Shown piece by piece: positions 1 through 9,642 of a stretch of DNA of 64,000 bases (position 1 is its first letter; each line of letters starts with the position of its first letter). Below the pieces are notes generated by a model, which was not told where the DNA came from, ran no database searches, and saw only the letters and a list, made by a program, of their open reading frames with translations. This DNA comes from an uncultured Gaiellales bacterium (GTDB lineage Bacteria > Actinomycetota > Thermoleophilia > Gaiellales > Gaiellaceae), in assembly GCA_964461665.1 (NCBI GenBank), contig CAYXAS010000002.1, positions 5,400-69,399 on the forward strand, read 5' to 3'. The position numbers were made by a program, and so were the translations under genes.

Positions 1-545
1 TCGAGGCAGCGTGCCACGATGAAATCGACGAGATCCTGCACGGTCTCGGCTCCGTGGTAGAAGCCGGGCGCTGCGAAGAGCACGACTGCGCCCGCCTCGT
101 GGAGCGTCGCGAGCCCGCGGAGATGGATCGACGAGAGCGGCGTCTCGCGCGGAACGAGCACGAGCTTGCGCCGCTCCTTCAGCGCGACCGACGCAGCGCG
201 GTGGATGAGGTTCGTCATCGCCCCTGCGGCGAGCGTCCCGACCGTGGACATCGAGCACGGGCAGACCACGTACGCATCGACCTTGGCGGAGCCGCTCGCA
301 TACGGCGAGCGCCAGTCCTGGATCCCGTGCAGCGTCACCTGCCCGGCCGGCGCAGCTCCCACGAAGCGTCGCAACGTCTCCTCACGATCGAGCGACGGAT
401 CGCGGTACAGCTCGGTCGCGAGCACTTCGATTCCGGCCTCGGATGCGCAGATCCCCACCTCGACTCCGGCGGCGACGAGACCGTCGAGAATCCCCTTCGC
501 ATACGGCGCACCCGAGGCGCCGGTCACACCGAGAAACACGCGCAT
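1..545 (-). CDS. ubiX: Flavin prenyltransferase UbiX/Pad1 family (3' end cut by window edge)
   Basis: Not in the ORF track because it runs off the edge. Manual reverse translation from ATG 545-543 gives MRVFLGVTGASGAPYAKGILDGLVAAGVEVGICASEAGIEVL..., the GxTGASG flavoprotein N-terminus typical of UbiX. A UbiD-family gene lies 2.5 kb away. Confidence 0.85.
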   Translation of the reverse strand, partial: MRVFLGVTGASGAPYAKGILDGLVAAGVEVGICASEAGIEVLATELYRDPSLDREETLRRFVGAAPAGQVTLHGIQDWRSPYASGSAKVDAYVVCPCSMSTVGTLAAGAMTNLIHRAASVALKERRKLVLVPRETPLSSIHLRGLATLHEAGAVVLFAAPGFYHGAETVQDLVDFIVARCL

Positions 546-576
546 CCCGGGAGGGTAGCCCCCGACGGGCAGGCCG

Positions 577-1416
577 CTATTCCGCAGCCGCGTGTGCCTC
601 GCCGCCCCTCGACTCCGAGAGGAACGTCGCGAGGTTCGTGAGGTTCTCGTCGCCGAGGTACGAGTACGAGATCATCACGTTGTTTCCGAATTGGGCGGGG
701 TTCGAGATGTAGGACTTGAAGAAGTCCACCCCGCGATCGGAGGCGCCAACCTCGGTCAGCACGGGGGCGCCGAGATTCGCGCTCCCCTCCGAGAGGTAGA
801 CGTGACAGTTCATGCAGCCGGACTGCGCGAACAACTTTGCGCCCGCCTCGGCCTGGGTGTTCCCGGTGAACCCTTGCTCTGCGCCCCACTTGACTGTCGT
901 CCCGGAAGCGATGATCTCGGCCCCGAGCGCCTCCTTCGCGGTCGCGCCCTTCCAGGTGAGAACGCCCATCGAGATCACCGTCAGGATCGCGGCGACAACG
1001 GCGACGGGGCGACGACCGAGTCGCCGCTCAGGGCGCCGATCGTAGAACGGGAGCGCGATCAACAGGATCAGGAGCAACGTCGGGATCCCGACCGTGCCGA
1101 GGATCACCGACTCCGGCCACTTGAAGATCCGCAGCAGATAGAAGAGGAAGTAGAAGAACCAGTCGGGGCGCGGGATGAACTCGATCGTCCCCGGGTCGGC
1201 CTCATGCTGGTACCAGGGGCCGAGGAGCCCGGCCTCGACGCCATCCGCGGTCGTGTACCAGACGACCGAAAGCGCGATGATCACGACCACGACGACGAGC
1301 GACATGACCGTGTCGTGGAACACGGCGTACGGGAAGAACGGCTTTCCCTCCTCCTCGACGTCACGCTTGTAGCGCTTGAACTCGTCGCGCTGCCGCTGCT
1401 TCAGCGAGGTGCCCAT
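577..1416 (-). CDS. qcrC: Menaquinol-cytochrome c reductase subunit IV / cytochrome c fusion (QcrC-like)
   Basis: ORF 577..1452. The N-terminal 3-TM part carries PDWFFYFLFYLLR (cytochrome b C-terminal / subunit IV type). It is fused to a C-terminal domain with one CxxCH haem-c site (CMNCH). ATG 1416, 1 nt after the qcrB stop, is preferred over 1452. Confidence 0.85.
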   Translation of the reverse strand: MGTSLKQRQRDEFKRYKRDVEEEGKPFFPYAVFHDTVMSLVVVVVIIALSVVWYTTADGVEAGLLGPWYQHEADPGTIEFIPRPDWFFYFLFYLLRIFKWPESVILGTVGIPTLLLILLIALPFYDRRPERRLGRRPVAVVAAILTVISMGVLTWKGATAKEALGAEIIASGTTVKWGAEQGFTGNTQAEAGAKLFAQSGCMNCHVYLSEGSANLGAPVLTEVGASDRGVDFFKSYISNPAQFGNNVMISYSYLGDENLTNLATFLSESRGGEAHAAAE

Positions 1417-1417
1417 C

Positions 1418-2158
1418 TCAGTGACCCTCGTCCTCGCCGTCCGGGCGCTCACGCCCGGCTTCGGTCGACGACCACGGCGGCGAGGTGACGCCGAGCCGGA
1501 TCACGAGGTACATGTGGAGGCCGATCAGCGCCATGATCCCGCCGGGGACCGCGAGCATGTGCAGCGAGTAGAACTTCGACAGCGTGTCCGGGCCGATCTG
1601 CGTGCCGCCCTGGAGGAACTGCGCGAGGAACGGCCCCGCGATCGGCGCGGTCGCGTTCAGGTTGATTCCGACGACCGTCGCCCAGTACGAGGTCTGATCC
1701 CACGGCAGCAGGTAGCCGGTGAAGCCCTCGAGCATCCCGAGCACGAGGATCAGGACGCCGACGATCCAGTTGAGTTCGCGCGGGTACTTGTACGCGCCGA
1801 ACAGGAACGTGCGGGCCATGTGGAAGAACATCAGGATGATGAACACGCTTGCGCCCCACTTGTGCATCCCCCGCACGAGCCAGCCGAGCGTCACCTCCTC
1901 GGTGATGTGCGTGATCGAGCTGTACGCGCTCGCGGGGTCGGGCTTGTAGTACATCGCGAGAAACACGCCTGTCGTCGCCTGCACGATGAACGCGGTGAGC
2001 GACGCCGACCCGAGCGTCTGCATCCAGTTGATATCGCGCGGGACGTTCCGGAGCAACATCCACTGGACGTAGCCGACGAGACCGGAGCGCTCTTCGAGCC
2101 AGTCGACAGGGGCGAGTGCCGCCTTCTCGAGCTGCCGTCTGCGGAGTGACTTCGCCAT
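1418..2158 (-). CDS. qcrB: Cytochrome b6-type subunit of menaquinol-cytochrome c reductase
   Basis: 246-aa ORF with a short (b6-like) cytochrome b N-terminal domain. Haem-ligand His pairs sit in TM helices (GMHKWGASVFIILMFFHMARTF; FYSLHMLAVPGGIMALIGLHMY). Confidence 0.9.
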   Translation of the reverse strand: MAKSLRRRQLEKAALAPVDWLEERSGLVGYVQWMLLRNVPRDINWMQTLGSASLTAFIVQATTGVFLAMYYKPDPASAYSSITHITEEVTLGWLVRGMHKWGASVFIILMFFHMARTFLFGAYKYPRELNWIVGVLILVLGMLEGFTGYLLPWDQTSYWATVVGINLNATAPIAGPFLAQFLQGGTQIGPDTLSKFYSLHMLAVPGGIMALIGLHMYLVIRLGVTSPPWSSTEAGRERPDGEDEGH

Positions 2159-2161
2159 CGT

Positions 2162-3052
2162 CTACCCGGTCGATCCGGGGGTCGGGATCGGATACAGCCA
2201 GCGCTCGACCCCGTCCACATGCACACCGGGGTACGCGCGGTAGTACTTGCTGATCTTCGCCTTGGCGCCCGAGCCCTCGACGTCGCCGACCGAGAACAGC
2301 CGCCCGAGAATCAGGTTGCCGTTCTTGATCGAGAACTCGAACCGGTCGAGCGAGCGGACCGGTGGGCCCGCGGTGCGGTTCCCCTCCGAGTCGTACAGAC
2401 CACCGTGACACGGGCAACCGAAGCTCGCCGCGAGGACAGGTCGGAGCTCCACGTCACCGTGGATCGACTTCGCCTCCTCGTCGATGGGGCCGTTGGGCTG
2501 GACGGGACACCCAAGATGGACGCAGCGGCTGAACAGCGCGGTGAAACTCGGGAGGCCCGCTTCGGTAAAGCCGTTGTTCCGAACGAATGCGGTGCGCCGC
2601 GTGACCTCGCCCTGCTCGGGATCCTCCATGTAGGTGGCGATCACGAACTGACCCTCGGGGAAGCCCGAGATCGGACCGAGATCCACATCGTGCGACTCGA
2701 CCCGGCTGCCGATGAACGACGGCAGCACCGCGAAGCCAAGTGAGGGGAGCGTCGCACCAGCACCGATGACTCCGCCGATCCCAGCGCTTGCAACCGCGAG
2801 GAACGTGCCGCGCCCGTACGTCTCCTTCGCGGCCTCGACCACCACAGGCTCGGGGGCAGGCTCGGGCGCGGCGGGAGGACGACGGTCGCGCACCCAGGCA
2901 ATCGCGAACCCCGCCGTGAGCAGCACACCAACGACAAGCGCTGCGGTCGAGGCGACGAGTCCGATGATGATGCATGCGACGCCGACGGCGAACCCGAGCG
3001 GCCACAGGCTCGTGGTCGGGATCGTCTCGTGCTTGCCCTGATCGCTCGTCAT
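2162..3052 (-). CDS. qcrA: Rieske [2Fe-2S] subunit of menaquinol-cytochrome c reductase
   Basis: ORF 2162..3184 has the Rieske boxes CVHLGCP and CPCHGG and TM segments near the N-terminus. The start was moved to ATG 3052 (MTSDQGK...) so it does not overlap the UbiD-family gene that ends at 3096. Confidence 0.88.
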   Translation of the reverse strand: MTSDQGKHETIPTTSLWPLGFAVGVACIIIGLVASTAALVVGVLLTAGFAIAWVRDRRPPAAPEPAPEPVVVEAAKETYGRGTFLAVASAGIGGVIGAGATLPSLGFAVLPSFIGSRVESHDVDLGPISGFPEGQFVIATYMEDPEQGEVTRRTAFVRNNGFTEAGLPSFTALFSRCVHLGCPVQPNGPIDEEAKSIHGDVELRPVLAASFGCPCHGGLYDSEGNRTAGPPVRSLDRFEFSIKNGNLILGRLFSVGDVEGSGAKAKISKYYRAYPGVHVDGVERWLYPIPTPGSTG

Positions 3053-3095
3053 CCGTGCATCTCCGCGGCGCAAACCTACCGCACCGGCGCGCCGC

Positions 3096-4598
3096 TCAGC
3101 GCCGTACCCTGCGGCCGCGCCGGGCTCCGGCGACGGGTCCGGTCGCGTCTGTCGCGGCAACTCCGTACTCGGCCCAACGCGCATCGACCAGCGCCCGAAC
3201 CTCGGCGCTCATCTCGATCTCCGGCGGCCACGTGCGCGCGCCCTCGTCGGGGCCCTTCGCGGTCGCGTCGAACCCGATCTTCCCGCCGAAACTCGGGAGC
3301 ACCGAGGCATGGTCGAGCTGGTCGATCGGGCCGTCCGCGAGCACCACATCGCGCTTCGGATCAACGTTGGCGCAGACGCGGAAGAAGACTTGCTCGTAGT
3401 CGTGGACGTCGACATCCGCATCGACAATCACGACCGCCTTCGTGAGCGAGAGGAGCCCGAGTCCCCATACCGCGTGCATCACCTTCCGTGCGTGGCCCGG
3501 GTAGCGCTTGCGGATCGACACGATCGCGCAGTTGTGAAACGCGCCAGCGGCCGGAAGGTCGTAGTCCACGATCTCGGGGACACTCATCCGGATCGCGGGG
3601 AGGAAGAGCCGCTCGGTCGCCTTCGCGAGCCACTCGTCCTCGGCAGGGGGTTTTCCGACCACGATCGAGGAGTAGATCGCGTCGCGGCGCATCGTGATCG
3701 CGGTGATCCGGAAGATCGGGAACTCCTCCGCCGGGGTGTAGAAGCCGGTGTGATCGCCGAACGGGCCTTCGAGCCCGACATCGGTCGCGTCCACCCAGCC
3801 CTCGAGCACGATCTCCGCGTTCGCGGGCACCTCCAGATCGACCGTCTTGCACCTGACGAGCTCGACGGGCGACCCCTTCAGAAGCCCGGCGAGCATCAGC
3901 TCGCCGACGTGCTTCGGGAGTGGTGCGCTCGCGGAGTACGCGGTCACGGGGTCGAGCCCGATCGCGACCGCCACGGGGATGCGGCCGTCGGGCGCAGCGA
4001 GCAGGTCCGCGCGACCATCCTTGTGGATCTGCCAGTGCATGAAGGTCGAGCGGCTGTCGATCTTCTGCATCCGGTACATCCCGACGTTGCGGACACCCGT
4101 CTCACGATCCTTCGTGATCACCGCAGGCAGCGTGATGAACGGCGCCGGATCGAGCGGCCAGCAGCGCTGGATCGGAAGCAGGTCAAGATCGACGTCGTCG
4201 CCGGTCAGCACGATCTCCTGGCAGGGCCCCTTCGACACGACCTTCGGCATCGAGTCCGCGATCGACTTGAGCGTTCCAAGCTTCCGAACCTTGTCCATCA
4301 ACCCCTGCGGCGGTTGGAGGTCGAGCACCTCCTCGAGCGTCGCGGCGATCTCGTCAAGCGTCTCGACGCCGAAGGCGAGGCACATCCGCCGTTCGGTGCC
4401 AAACTGGTTGATGAGCAGCGGGAGCCGCGAGCCTCTCGGCCGCTCGAACAGGAGCGCCGGACCGCCGCTCTTCACGACCCGGTCGGTGATCTCCGTGATC
4501 TCGAGGTCGGGATCGACCTCGGCGCTCACACGAACAAGCTCGCCCTCACGTTCGAGGAGCGAGATCCACTCGCGGAGATCGGCTGCGGGTGAACCCAT
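3096..4598 (-). CDS. ubiD: UbiD-family (prenyl-FMN dependent) decarboxylase, probably menaquinone biosynthesis
   Basis: 500-aa ORF. The N-terminus MGSPAADLREWISLLEREGELVRVSAEVDPDLEITEI and the overall length are typical of the UbiD family. It is partnered by ubiX in the same window. Confidence 0.88.
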   Translation of the reverse strand: MGSPAADLREWISLLEREGELVRVSAEVDPDLEITEITDRVVKSGGPALLFERPRGSRLPLLINQFGTERRMCLAFGVETLDEIAATLEEVLDLQPPQGLMDKVRKLGTLKSIADSMPKVVSKGPCQEIVLTGDDVDLDLLPIQRCWPLDPAPFITLPAVITKDRETGVRNVGMYRMQKIDSRSTFMHWQIHKDGRADLLAAPDGRIPVAVAIGLDPVTAYSASAPLPKHVGELMLAGLLKGSPVELVRCKTVDLEVPANAEIVLEGWVDATDVGLEGPFGDHTGFYTPAEEFPIFRITAITMRRDAIYSSIVVGKPPAEDEWLAKATERLFLPAIRMSVPEIVDYDLPAAGAFHNCAIVSIRKRYPGHARKVMHAVWGLGLLSLTKAVVIVDADVDVHDYEQVFFRVCANVDPKRDVVLADGPIDQLDHASVLPSFGGKIGFDATAKGPDEGARTWPPEIEMSAEVRALVDARWAEYGVAATDATGPVAGARRGRRVRR

Positions 4599-4612
4599 CG
4601 GGGGCGCCCTGA

Positions 4613-4780
4613 CTAGAGGGGGCGCCGGGCCCTGTCGCGCTTGCGCCTGGTTCCGAGTGCGTGCGTCGCCTCGCCGAGCGCGATCACACCGATGAAAATC
4701 AGGCCCACGACGAGCATCGCGAGGATGACATTGCGCCCTTCCTCGGCAGCGTCCGCGAGAAAGAGGTCGATCACGGCCAT
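4613..4780 (-). CDS. Small hypothetical membrane protein (about 55 aa)
   Basis: ORF 4613..4843. From the internal ATG 4780: MAVIDLFLADAAEEGRNVILAMLVVGLIFIGVIALGEA..., one clear TM helix and a basic tail. No family recognised. Confidence 0.4.
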   Translation of the reverse strand: MAVIDLFLADAAEEGRNVILAMLVVGLIFIGVIALGEATHALGTRRKRDRARRPL

Positions 4781-4790
4781 CGCGGCGATG

Positions 4791-5327
4791 CTACCCGACC
4801 CGCCGCGCATGCGCGGCGAGCGCTCGTTCCACGGGGCCGTCACCGGCGGCTACCCGTGCGACCTGCTCGAGCGGCGCAGGATCGCGCCGCTCGCGGAGCG
4901 CCGCGCGTGCGTCATCGAGTCCGCCCGCACCGAGTTGAGCGGCGGTCGCCGCCCACGCGGCGCCGTCACCTGGACGGTGTTCGGCCCGCGCCTGCGAGCA
5001 GAGCGAGAGAAGACACGCGAGATCCTCGACCGCGACGAGGCTCCCTGTCTCCGCGACCCGGACGAGTCCCTGCGCGAGCAGCGCGTCGCCGAGGAGCAGT
5101 GCGAGGTCACGATCCGGCGGCGCGAAGACCCGCGACCGCCCGTGATGCAGGAGATACCCCTCGTACACCGTCTCGAGTCCGAGCGCCAGCAGCGGGTCAC
5201 CGAGGAGCGGCGAGAACACGAGCTCCTGCTCGCGCTCAGGATCAGGCCGCAACGCCGAGGCCCACAGCGCACTCTCGGCCGCCGCGCCCTCGGCGATCGC
5301 GTCGATCAGCGCCGACAGACCCGTCAC
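4791..5327 (-). CDS. Hypothetical helical protein, coupled to hemL (weak polyprenyl-synthase-like motif)
   Basis: ORF 4791..5483, whose first 52 codons overlap hemL. GTG 5327 gives a GTGA overlap with the hemL stop (5324-5326). The segment ETVYEGYLLHHGRSRVF...DLALLLGDALLAQGL is reminiscent of prenyl-synthase helices but has no DDxxD. Confidence 0.5.
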   Translation of the reverse strand: MTGLSALIDAIAEGAAAESALWASALRPDPEREQELVFSPLLGDPLLALGLETVYEGYLLHHGRSRVFAPPDRDLALLLGDALLAQGLVRVAETGSLVAVEDLACLLSLCSQARAEHRPGDGAAWAATAAQLGAGGLDDARAALRERRDPAPLEQVARVAAGDGPVERALAAHARRVG

Positions 5328-6580
5328 GCGGCGAAGAACGACCGGACGGCCTCGACGGTGAGCACGACCTCCGCGTCTCCGTGCGCCGTCGAGGGGAACA
5401 GACACTCGAACTGAGAGGGCGGCAGGTAGATCCCCTCGTCGAGCAGGTGCCGGAAGAGCGCCCCGAAGCGCACCGTGTCGCAACCGGCTGCGTCGTCGTG
5501 GTCACGGACAGGTTTGTCACGGAGGAACAGCGTCAGCATGCCGCCGACCCGCTGCACCGTCCCGAACGGCGCGAGTCCCGCCTCGAGTGTCGCACCGACC
5601 CGTTCGAGGTGTGCATACACCCCGGGATCGCGCAGCCGCCGGAGGGTCGTGATCCCGGCCGCAGTTGCGAGCGGGTTCCCGGAGAGCGTCCCGGCCTGGT
5701 ACACGTCGCCCAGCGGGGCGAGCCGCTCCATCAGCTCGGCCCTGCCCCCAAAAGCCGCAAGTGGGAGCCCGCCGCCGACGATCTTTCCGAGCACGGTCAG
5801 ATCGGGCAGCACGCCGTAGCGCTCCTGCGCCCCACCGCGACCGACCCGGAACCCTGTCATCACCTCGTCGAACACGAGCAGCGCGCCGGTCGCATCGGCG
5901 AGCGTGCGGAGCGCCTCGAGAAAGCCTGGCGCGGGCGGCACGAGACCCATGTTTCCGGCGACCGGTTCGACGAGAATCGCGGCCAGACCCTCCCCGTACC
6001 GGGCGCATGCAGCCGCCGCCCCGTCGATGTCGTTGAACGACACGACGACCGTGTCTGCCACCACCGCCGACGGAACTCCGGGCGTGGAGGCGATCCCGAG
6101 TGTCATCACGCCCGACCCGGCGCTCGCGAGGAGCGCGTCCACGTGCCCGTGGTAGCAGCCTGCGAACTTCAGCACCCGATCACGGCGTGTCGCGGCCCGC
6201 GCGAGGCGGAGCGCGCTCATCGACGCCTCCGTCCCGGAACTGACGAGGCGCACCATCTCGATCGACGGCACCGCGTCCACGATCTCCGCGGCAAGCTCGA
6301 CCTCCGCCTCCGTCGGTGCACCGAATGTCGTCCCGTTCGCCGCAGCGGCGGTCACTGCCGCAACGATCTCCGGATCTGCGTGGCCGGACACGAGCGGCCC
6401 CCACGACTGCACCCAGTCCACATACCGCCGACCGTGGGTGTCCTCGATCCACGCACCCAAACCCCGGCGCATCACAACCGGCTCGTCGAGTCCGACGGCG
6501 CGCATCGCGCGGACGGGCGAGTTGACCCCACCCGGGATCAACGACGTCGCACGGCGCCAGAACGCGGAGACATCGCTCAC
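5324..6580 (-). CDS. hemL: Glutamate-1-semialdehyde 2,1-aminomutase
   Basis: 418-aa ORF with N-terminal [11 protein letters not shown] and class-III aminotransferase layout ([13 protein letters not shown]..., [14 protein letters not shown]). The GTG start overlaps the hemB stop. Confidence 0.95.
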   Translation of the reverse strand: MSDVSAFWRRATSLIPGGVNSPVRAMRAVGLDEPVVMRRGLGAWIEDTHGRRYVDWVQSWGPLVSGHADPEIVAAVTAAAANGTTFGAPTEAEVELAAEIVDAVPSIEMVRLVSSGTEASMSALRLARAATRRDRVLKFAGCYHGHVDALLASAGSGVMTLGIASTPGVPSAVVADTVVVSFNDIDGAAAACARYGEGLAAILVEPVAGNMGLVPPAPGFLEALRTLADATGALLVFDEVMTGFRVGRGGAQERYGVLPDLTVLGKIVGGGLPLAAFGGRAELMERLAPLGDVYQAGTLSGNPLATAAGITTLRRLRDPGVYAHLERVGATLEAGLAPFGTVQRVGGMLTLFLRDKPVRDHDDAAGCDTVRFGALFRHLLDEGIYLPPSQFECLFPSTAHGDAEVVLTVEAVRSFFAA

Positions 6581-7533
6581 GCGAGCCAGCGGGCGAGATC
6601 GCGCGCCCAGTAGGTGATGATCGCGCCGGCCCCGGCCCGCTTCACCGCCGTCAGCGACTCGAGCACCGCCCGCTCCTCCTCGAGGTGGCCGGCGTCGGCG
6701 GCAGCACGCACCATCGCGTACTCGCCCGAGACGCTGTAGGCCCAGACGGGGCAGTCAAACCGCTCGCGCACCGCTCGGATCACATCGAGATATGGCAGCG
6801 CAGGCTTCACCATCAGCACGTCCGCGCCCTCCTCGACGTCGAGCGCGCACTCCAGGAGCGCCTCGCGGACGTTTGCCGGATCCATCTGATAGCCGCGCCT
6901 GTCCCCCTCAGACGGCGCTGACTCCGCCACCTCTCGGAACGGGCCGTAGAAGGCGGATGCGTACTTCGCAGCGTACGAGACGATCGGAGTGTCTGGGAGC
7001 GCGGCGCGGATCGCGCCGACGCGCCCGTCCATCATGTCGCTCGGCGCGACGACGTCTGCCCCGGCGGCGACATGGCTGGCAGCGGTGCGCGCGAGCAGTT
7101 CGAGCGTCTCGTCGTTCACGACCTCACCGTCACGGAGGACACCGCAGTGGCCATGGCTCGTGTACTCGCAAAGGCAGACGTCCGTGATGAGCGTCAGGTC
7201 GGGGACCTCCGACCGGAGTGCTCGGAGCGCCCGCTGGACGATCCCGTCGCCGGCCCACGCGCCCGATCCGAACTCGTCCTTCTCGTCCGGGATCCCGAAC
7301 AGGAGCACCGCAGAGACACCGAGCCGGTGGAGGTCGGCTGCCTCGCGCACCAGTTCGTCGACAGACCGCTGCGCGATCGCGGGCAGTCCCTCGACCGCGT
7401 TGACCACGCCCTCGCCGGGACGGACGAAGAGCGGTGCGATTAGATCCGCGAGGTCGAGCCTGGTCTCGCGAACAAGTGATCTGAGCGTCGGGGTGCGACG
7501 CAGCCGACGCGGGCGGTTAGCCGGGAAGCTCAC
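6577..7533 (-). CDS. hemB: Porphobilinogen synthase (delta-aminolevulinate dehydratase), Zn-type
   Basis: ORF 6577..7632. It has [18 protein letters not shown], the cysteine-rich metal site [14 protein letters not shown], and [13 protein letters not shown] 7533 was chosen to avoid overlap with the upstream gene that ends at 7569. Confidence 0.93.
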   Translation of the reverse strand: MSFPANRPRRLRRTPTLRSLVRETRLDLADLIAPLFVRPGEGVVNAVEGLPAIAQRSVDELVREAADLHRLGVSAVLLFGIPDEKDEFGSGAWAGDGIVQRALRALRSEVPDLTLITDVCLCEYTSHGHCGVLRDGEVVNDETLELLARTAASHVAAGADVVAPSDMMDGRVGAIRAALPDTPIVSYAAKYASAFYGPFREVAESAPSEGDRRGYQMDPANVREALLECALDVEEGADVLMVKPALPYLDVIRAVRERFDCPVWAYSVSGEYAMVRAAADAGHLEEERAVLESLTAVKRAGAGAIITYWARDLARWLA

Positions 7534-7568
7534 GGCGGCAGGGTACGCGAGAAATCGCGGCCTCCTCC

Positions 7569-8750
7569 TCAGCCTGGCGGGCGCTCCTCCTCCAGCGGTC
7601 GGGCGATCGCCTCCGGCCCGGAACCACGCCACCGCTCCAGCGTCACCCGCTCACCGAAGAACTCCCAGATCGCCCTCGCGGCAGCCATCGTCGGAAGCGC
7701 GATGAGAACGCCGGGGATGCCGTACAGGTCTGCGCCTGCGAGCAGGCCGAAGATCACGAGCAGCGGGTGGAGCCGGAGCGCGTTCGCCATCACGTTCGGG
7801 ACGACCACGTGACCTTCCACCTGGTAGATGAAGACGAACAGCAATGCAACTGCGGGGAACCCGAACCCGACCGGGTCCTCGATCAGCGCGTAGACCCCCG
7901 GCGGCACCGCGGAGAGCCACGGCCCGATGTACGGGATCACCTCGATCAGCGCCGTCCAGACGCCGAACAGGAGCGCGTAGCGGTCGGCACCCTCGACCAC
8001 GCCGGTCTTGCCGAGGATCCACATCCCGGCCCCAGCGCTCGTCCCGATCACCGTCGAGAGGATCAACTGGCCGCGGACGTACCCCCAGAGCGACCGTTCG
8101 ATCCGGTGGACAAGCGGGGGCCCACCCGCCGGCGGGAACCGCCGGTCGATCGCCCGCTCGAGCCGCGGCATCGAGAGCAGCATGTAGACGGCGATCACGA
8201 TCACGAGGATGAGCGCGAACAGCAGCACGATCACGCCGAATGCGGCTCCCTGCGCTAACGCGATCGCGTCCTGCGCGTACCCCGACACGTCGCCAGCACT
8301 CAGCCCGCTGACGAGCTCGTCGAGTTGCCCGTCGACACGGACGCTCTCGAGACCGTGGTCGTCGAGCCACTGCTGAAGGTGCTTGATGTCCACCTGAGCG
8401 CCCGTCCGGTTCAAGCCCGGAGCCTGTTCCTCGGTCAGGTACGCGTCGATACGCTCAACCGCTGTCCGCGTCTGATCGACAACCACGGTTCCGAGCGCGG
8501 CGACCACCGACCCGACCGCCGCGACGAACAGCGTGAAGACGATCGCAACCCCGAGGCCGCGCCGGAGCCGCAGTCGCCCCAGGTCGCGCACGAGCGGGTT
8601 CAAGGTGAATGCGATCACCGCCGCGGCGAGAAACAGGAACAACACGTGCCCGAGCGTCCCCGCGAGCAGGAATGCGGAAAGCGCGAGCACCGGCAGCCCG
8701 ATCAACTGGACCCAGCGTGGGATCCGGATCGGGTGCGGATGCGGTGTCAC
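7569..8750 (-). CDS. AI-2E / PerM (UPF0118) family membrane transporter
   Basis: ORF 7569..9107. The C-terminal ~390 aa are multi-TM with family-typical segments ([15 protein letters not shown]; [11 protein letters not shown]). The N-terminal ~119 codons overlap the divergent gene and look non-coding. GTG 8750 is provisional. Confidence 0.8.
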   Translation of the reverse strand: MTPHPHPIRIPRWVQLIGLPVLALSAFLLAGTLGHVLFLFLAAAVIAFTLNPLVRDLGRLRLRRGLGVAIVFTLFVAAVGSVVAALGTVVVDQTRTAVERIDAYLTEEQAPGLNRTGAQVDIKHLQQWLDDHGLESVRVDGQLDELVSGLSAGDVSGYAQDAIALAQGAAFGVIVLLFALILVIVIAVYMLLSMPRLERAIDRRFPPAGGPPLVHRIERSLWGYVRGQLILSTVIGTSAGAGMWILGKTGVVEGADRYALLFGVWTALIEVIPYIGPWLSAVPPGVYALIEDPVGFGFPAVALLFVFIYQVEGHVVVPNVMANALRLHPLLVIFGLLAGADLYGIPGVLIALPTMAAARAIWEFFGERVTLERWRGSGPEAIARPLEEERPPG

Positions 8751-8822
8751 GGGGCGATCGTACGGCACGATCCAGACCCCACGGGACGCCGTGTCCGGGC
8801 GCGCCGACAGGTGCGGCTGCCA

Positions 8823-8856
8823 CGGGGCGACGGGACACTCGGGCACAATCGCCCCG
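8823..8856 (+). promoter_or_regulatory. Perfect 8-bp inverted repeat (CGGGGCGA-N18-TCGCCCCG) abutting the start codon at 8857
   Basis: Read directly: cggggcga at 8823-8830 and tcgccccg at 8849-8856. A third GGGGCGA copy starts at 8751. It lies in the divergent intergenic region. Confidence 0.3.
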
Positions 8857-9642
8857 ATGGGCTCTCCCCGCGACCGCGAGTTCTCCCGACTTCGCGCGCA
8901 ACACCGGCGAACCCGGCTTCGCGCGCGCAGGCTCGTGCTCGGGGGCGTCACCGTGGGCCTCCTTGTCGTGGCGCTCGCGCTCGTCGCGTTCGGTGGTGGC
9001 GAGGCTCCGCTCCCGTCCGCAGGCGATCCGTCCTCGGTGCTCCAGCCGACCCCCGAGGAGGCGGAGATCGGGGTGGGCCGCCCGACGCCGAAGGTGCTCG
9101 CATCCATCGGGAACCTCCCGATCCAGCTTCCGGTCGCGGACGGCGAGGTGACCGCGATCGGCTTTCACGGCGCCGATGACGGTTCCGTTGATCTCCAGCC
9201 TGCTGGCCGACAGGGGAATGAGGGGGTGCTCGCGCGGCTCTGGCGACGGATCGCGGGCGGCCCGACGACCCCGGTCTGGTACCAACTCCCCGGCCCGCCC
9301 GGCACGGATGTGCTCGATGTCGGCGCCCGCGTGGGTGCGGACGTCTACAGCCCGGCCGACGGCGCGGTGATCGCGATCTCCGACCGCGTGCTCGACGGCG
9401 TCGTGGTCGGCGCGCGTATCGATCTCCGACCGACGCTCGCGCCCTCCGTGACCCTGTCGGTACTCAACGTCGAGCCCGACCCCTCGCTCGTGGTCGGCAC
9501 CCCGGTGTACGCGACGACGTCGCGTCTCGGCACCGTGGTGGACGTCGCTCGGGTCGAGCGACAGTCGCTCGCGGCGGTCAGCAATGACGAGGGCAACGGC
9601 GTCGCCATCTCGGCGTACCCCGCCGCGGGGTCGCTTCCGTGA
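8857..9642 (+). CDS. Membrane-anchored LytM/M23-like domain protein (catalytic His residues not evident)
   Basis: ORF 8533..9642; ATG 8857 (MGSPRDREF...) avoids the AI-2E gene. It has one TM helix (LVLGGVTVGLLVVALALVAF). The segment LDVGARVGADVYSPADGAVIAI...GTPVYATTSRLGTVVDV resembles the M23 fold, but there is no His in the aligned region. Confidence 0.55.
   Translation: MGSPRDREFSRLRAQHRRTRLRARRLVLGGVTVGLLVVALALVAFGGGEAPLPSAGDPSSVLQPTPEEAEIGVGRPTPKVLASIGNLPIQLPVADGEVTAIGFHGADDGSVDLQPAGRQGNEGVLARLWRRIAGGPTTPVWYQLPGPPGTDVLDVGARVGADVYSPADGAVIAISDRVLDGVVVGARIDLRPTLAPSVTLSVLNVEPDPSLVVGTPVYATTSRLGTVVDVARVERQSLAAVSNDEGNGVAISAYPAAGSLP

Noticed and set aside
1417-1452. Longer start (ATG 1452) for qcrC
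   Set aside because: It would overlap qcrB by 35 nt. ATG 1416 lies 1 nt after the qcrB stop and still precedes the first TM helix. The choice remains provisional.
4661-6613. 650-aa plus-strand ORF (and similar ORFs at 4641..5414 and 5517..6008)
   Set aside because: It is antisense to, or off-frame with, the well-supported hemL gene and its neighbours. The extremely Arg/Pro/Ala-rich translation is typical of non-coding frames in high-GC DNA, and there are no family motifs.
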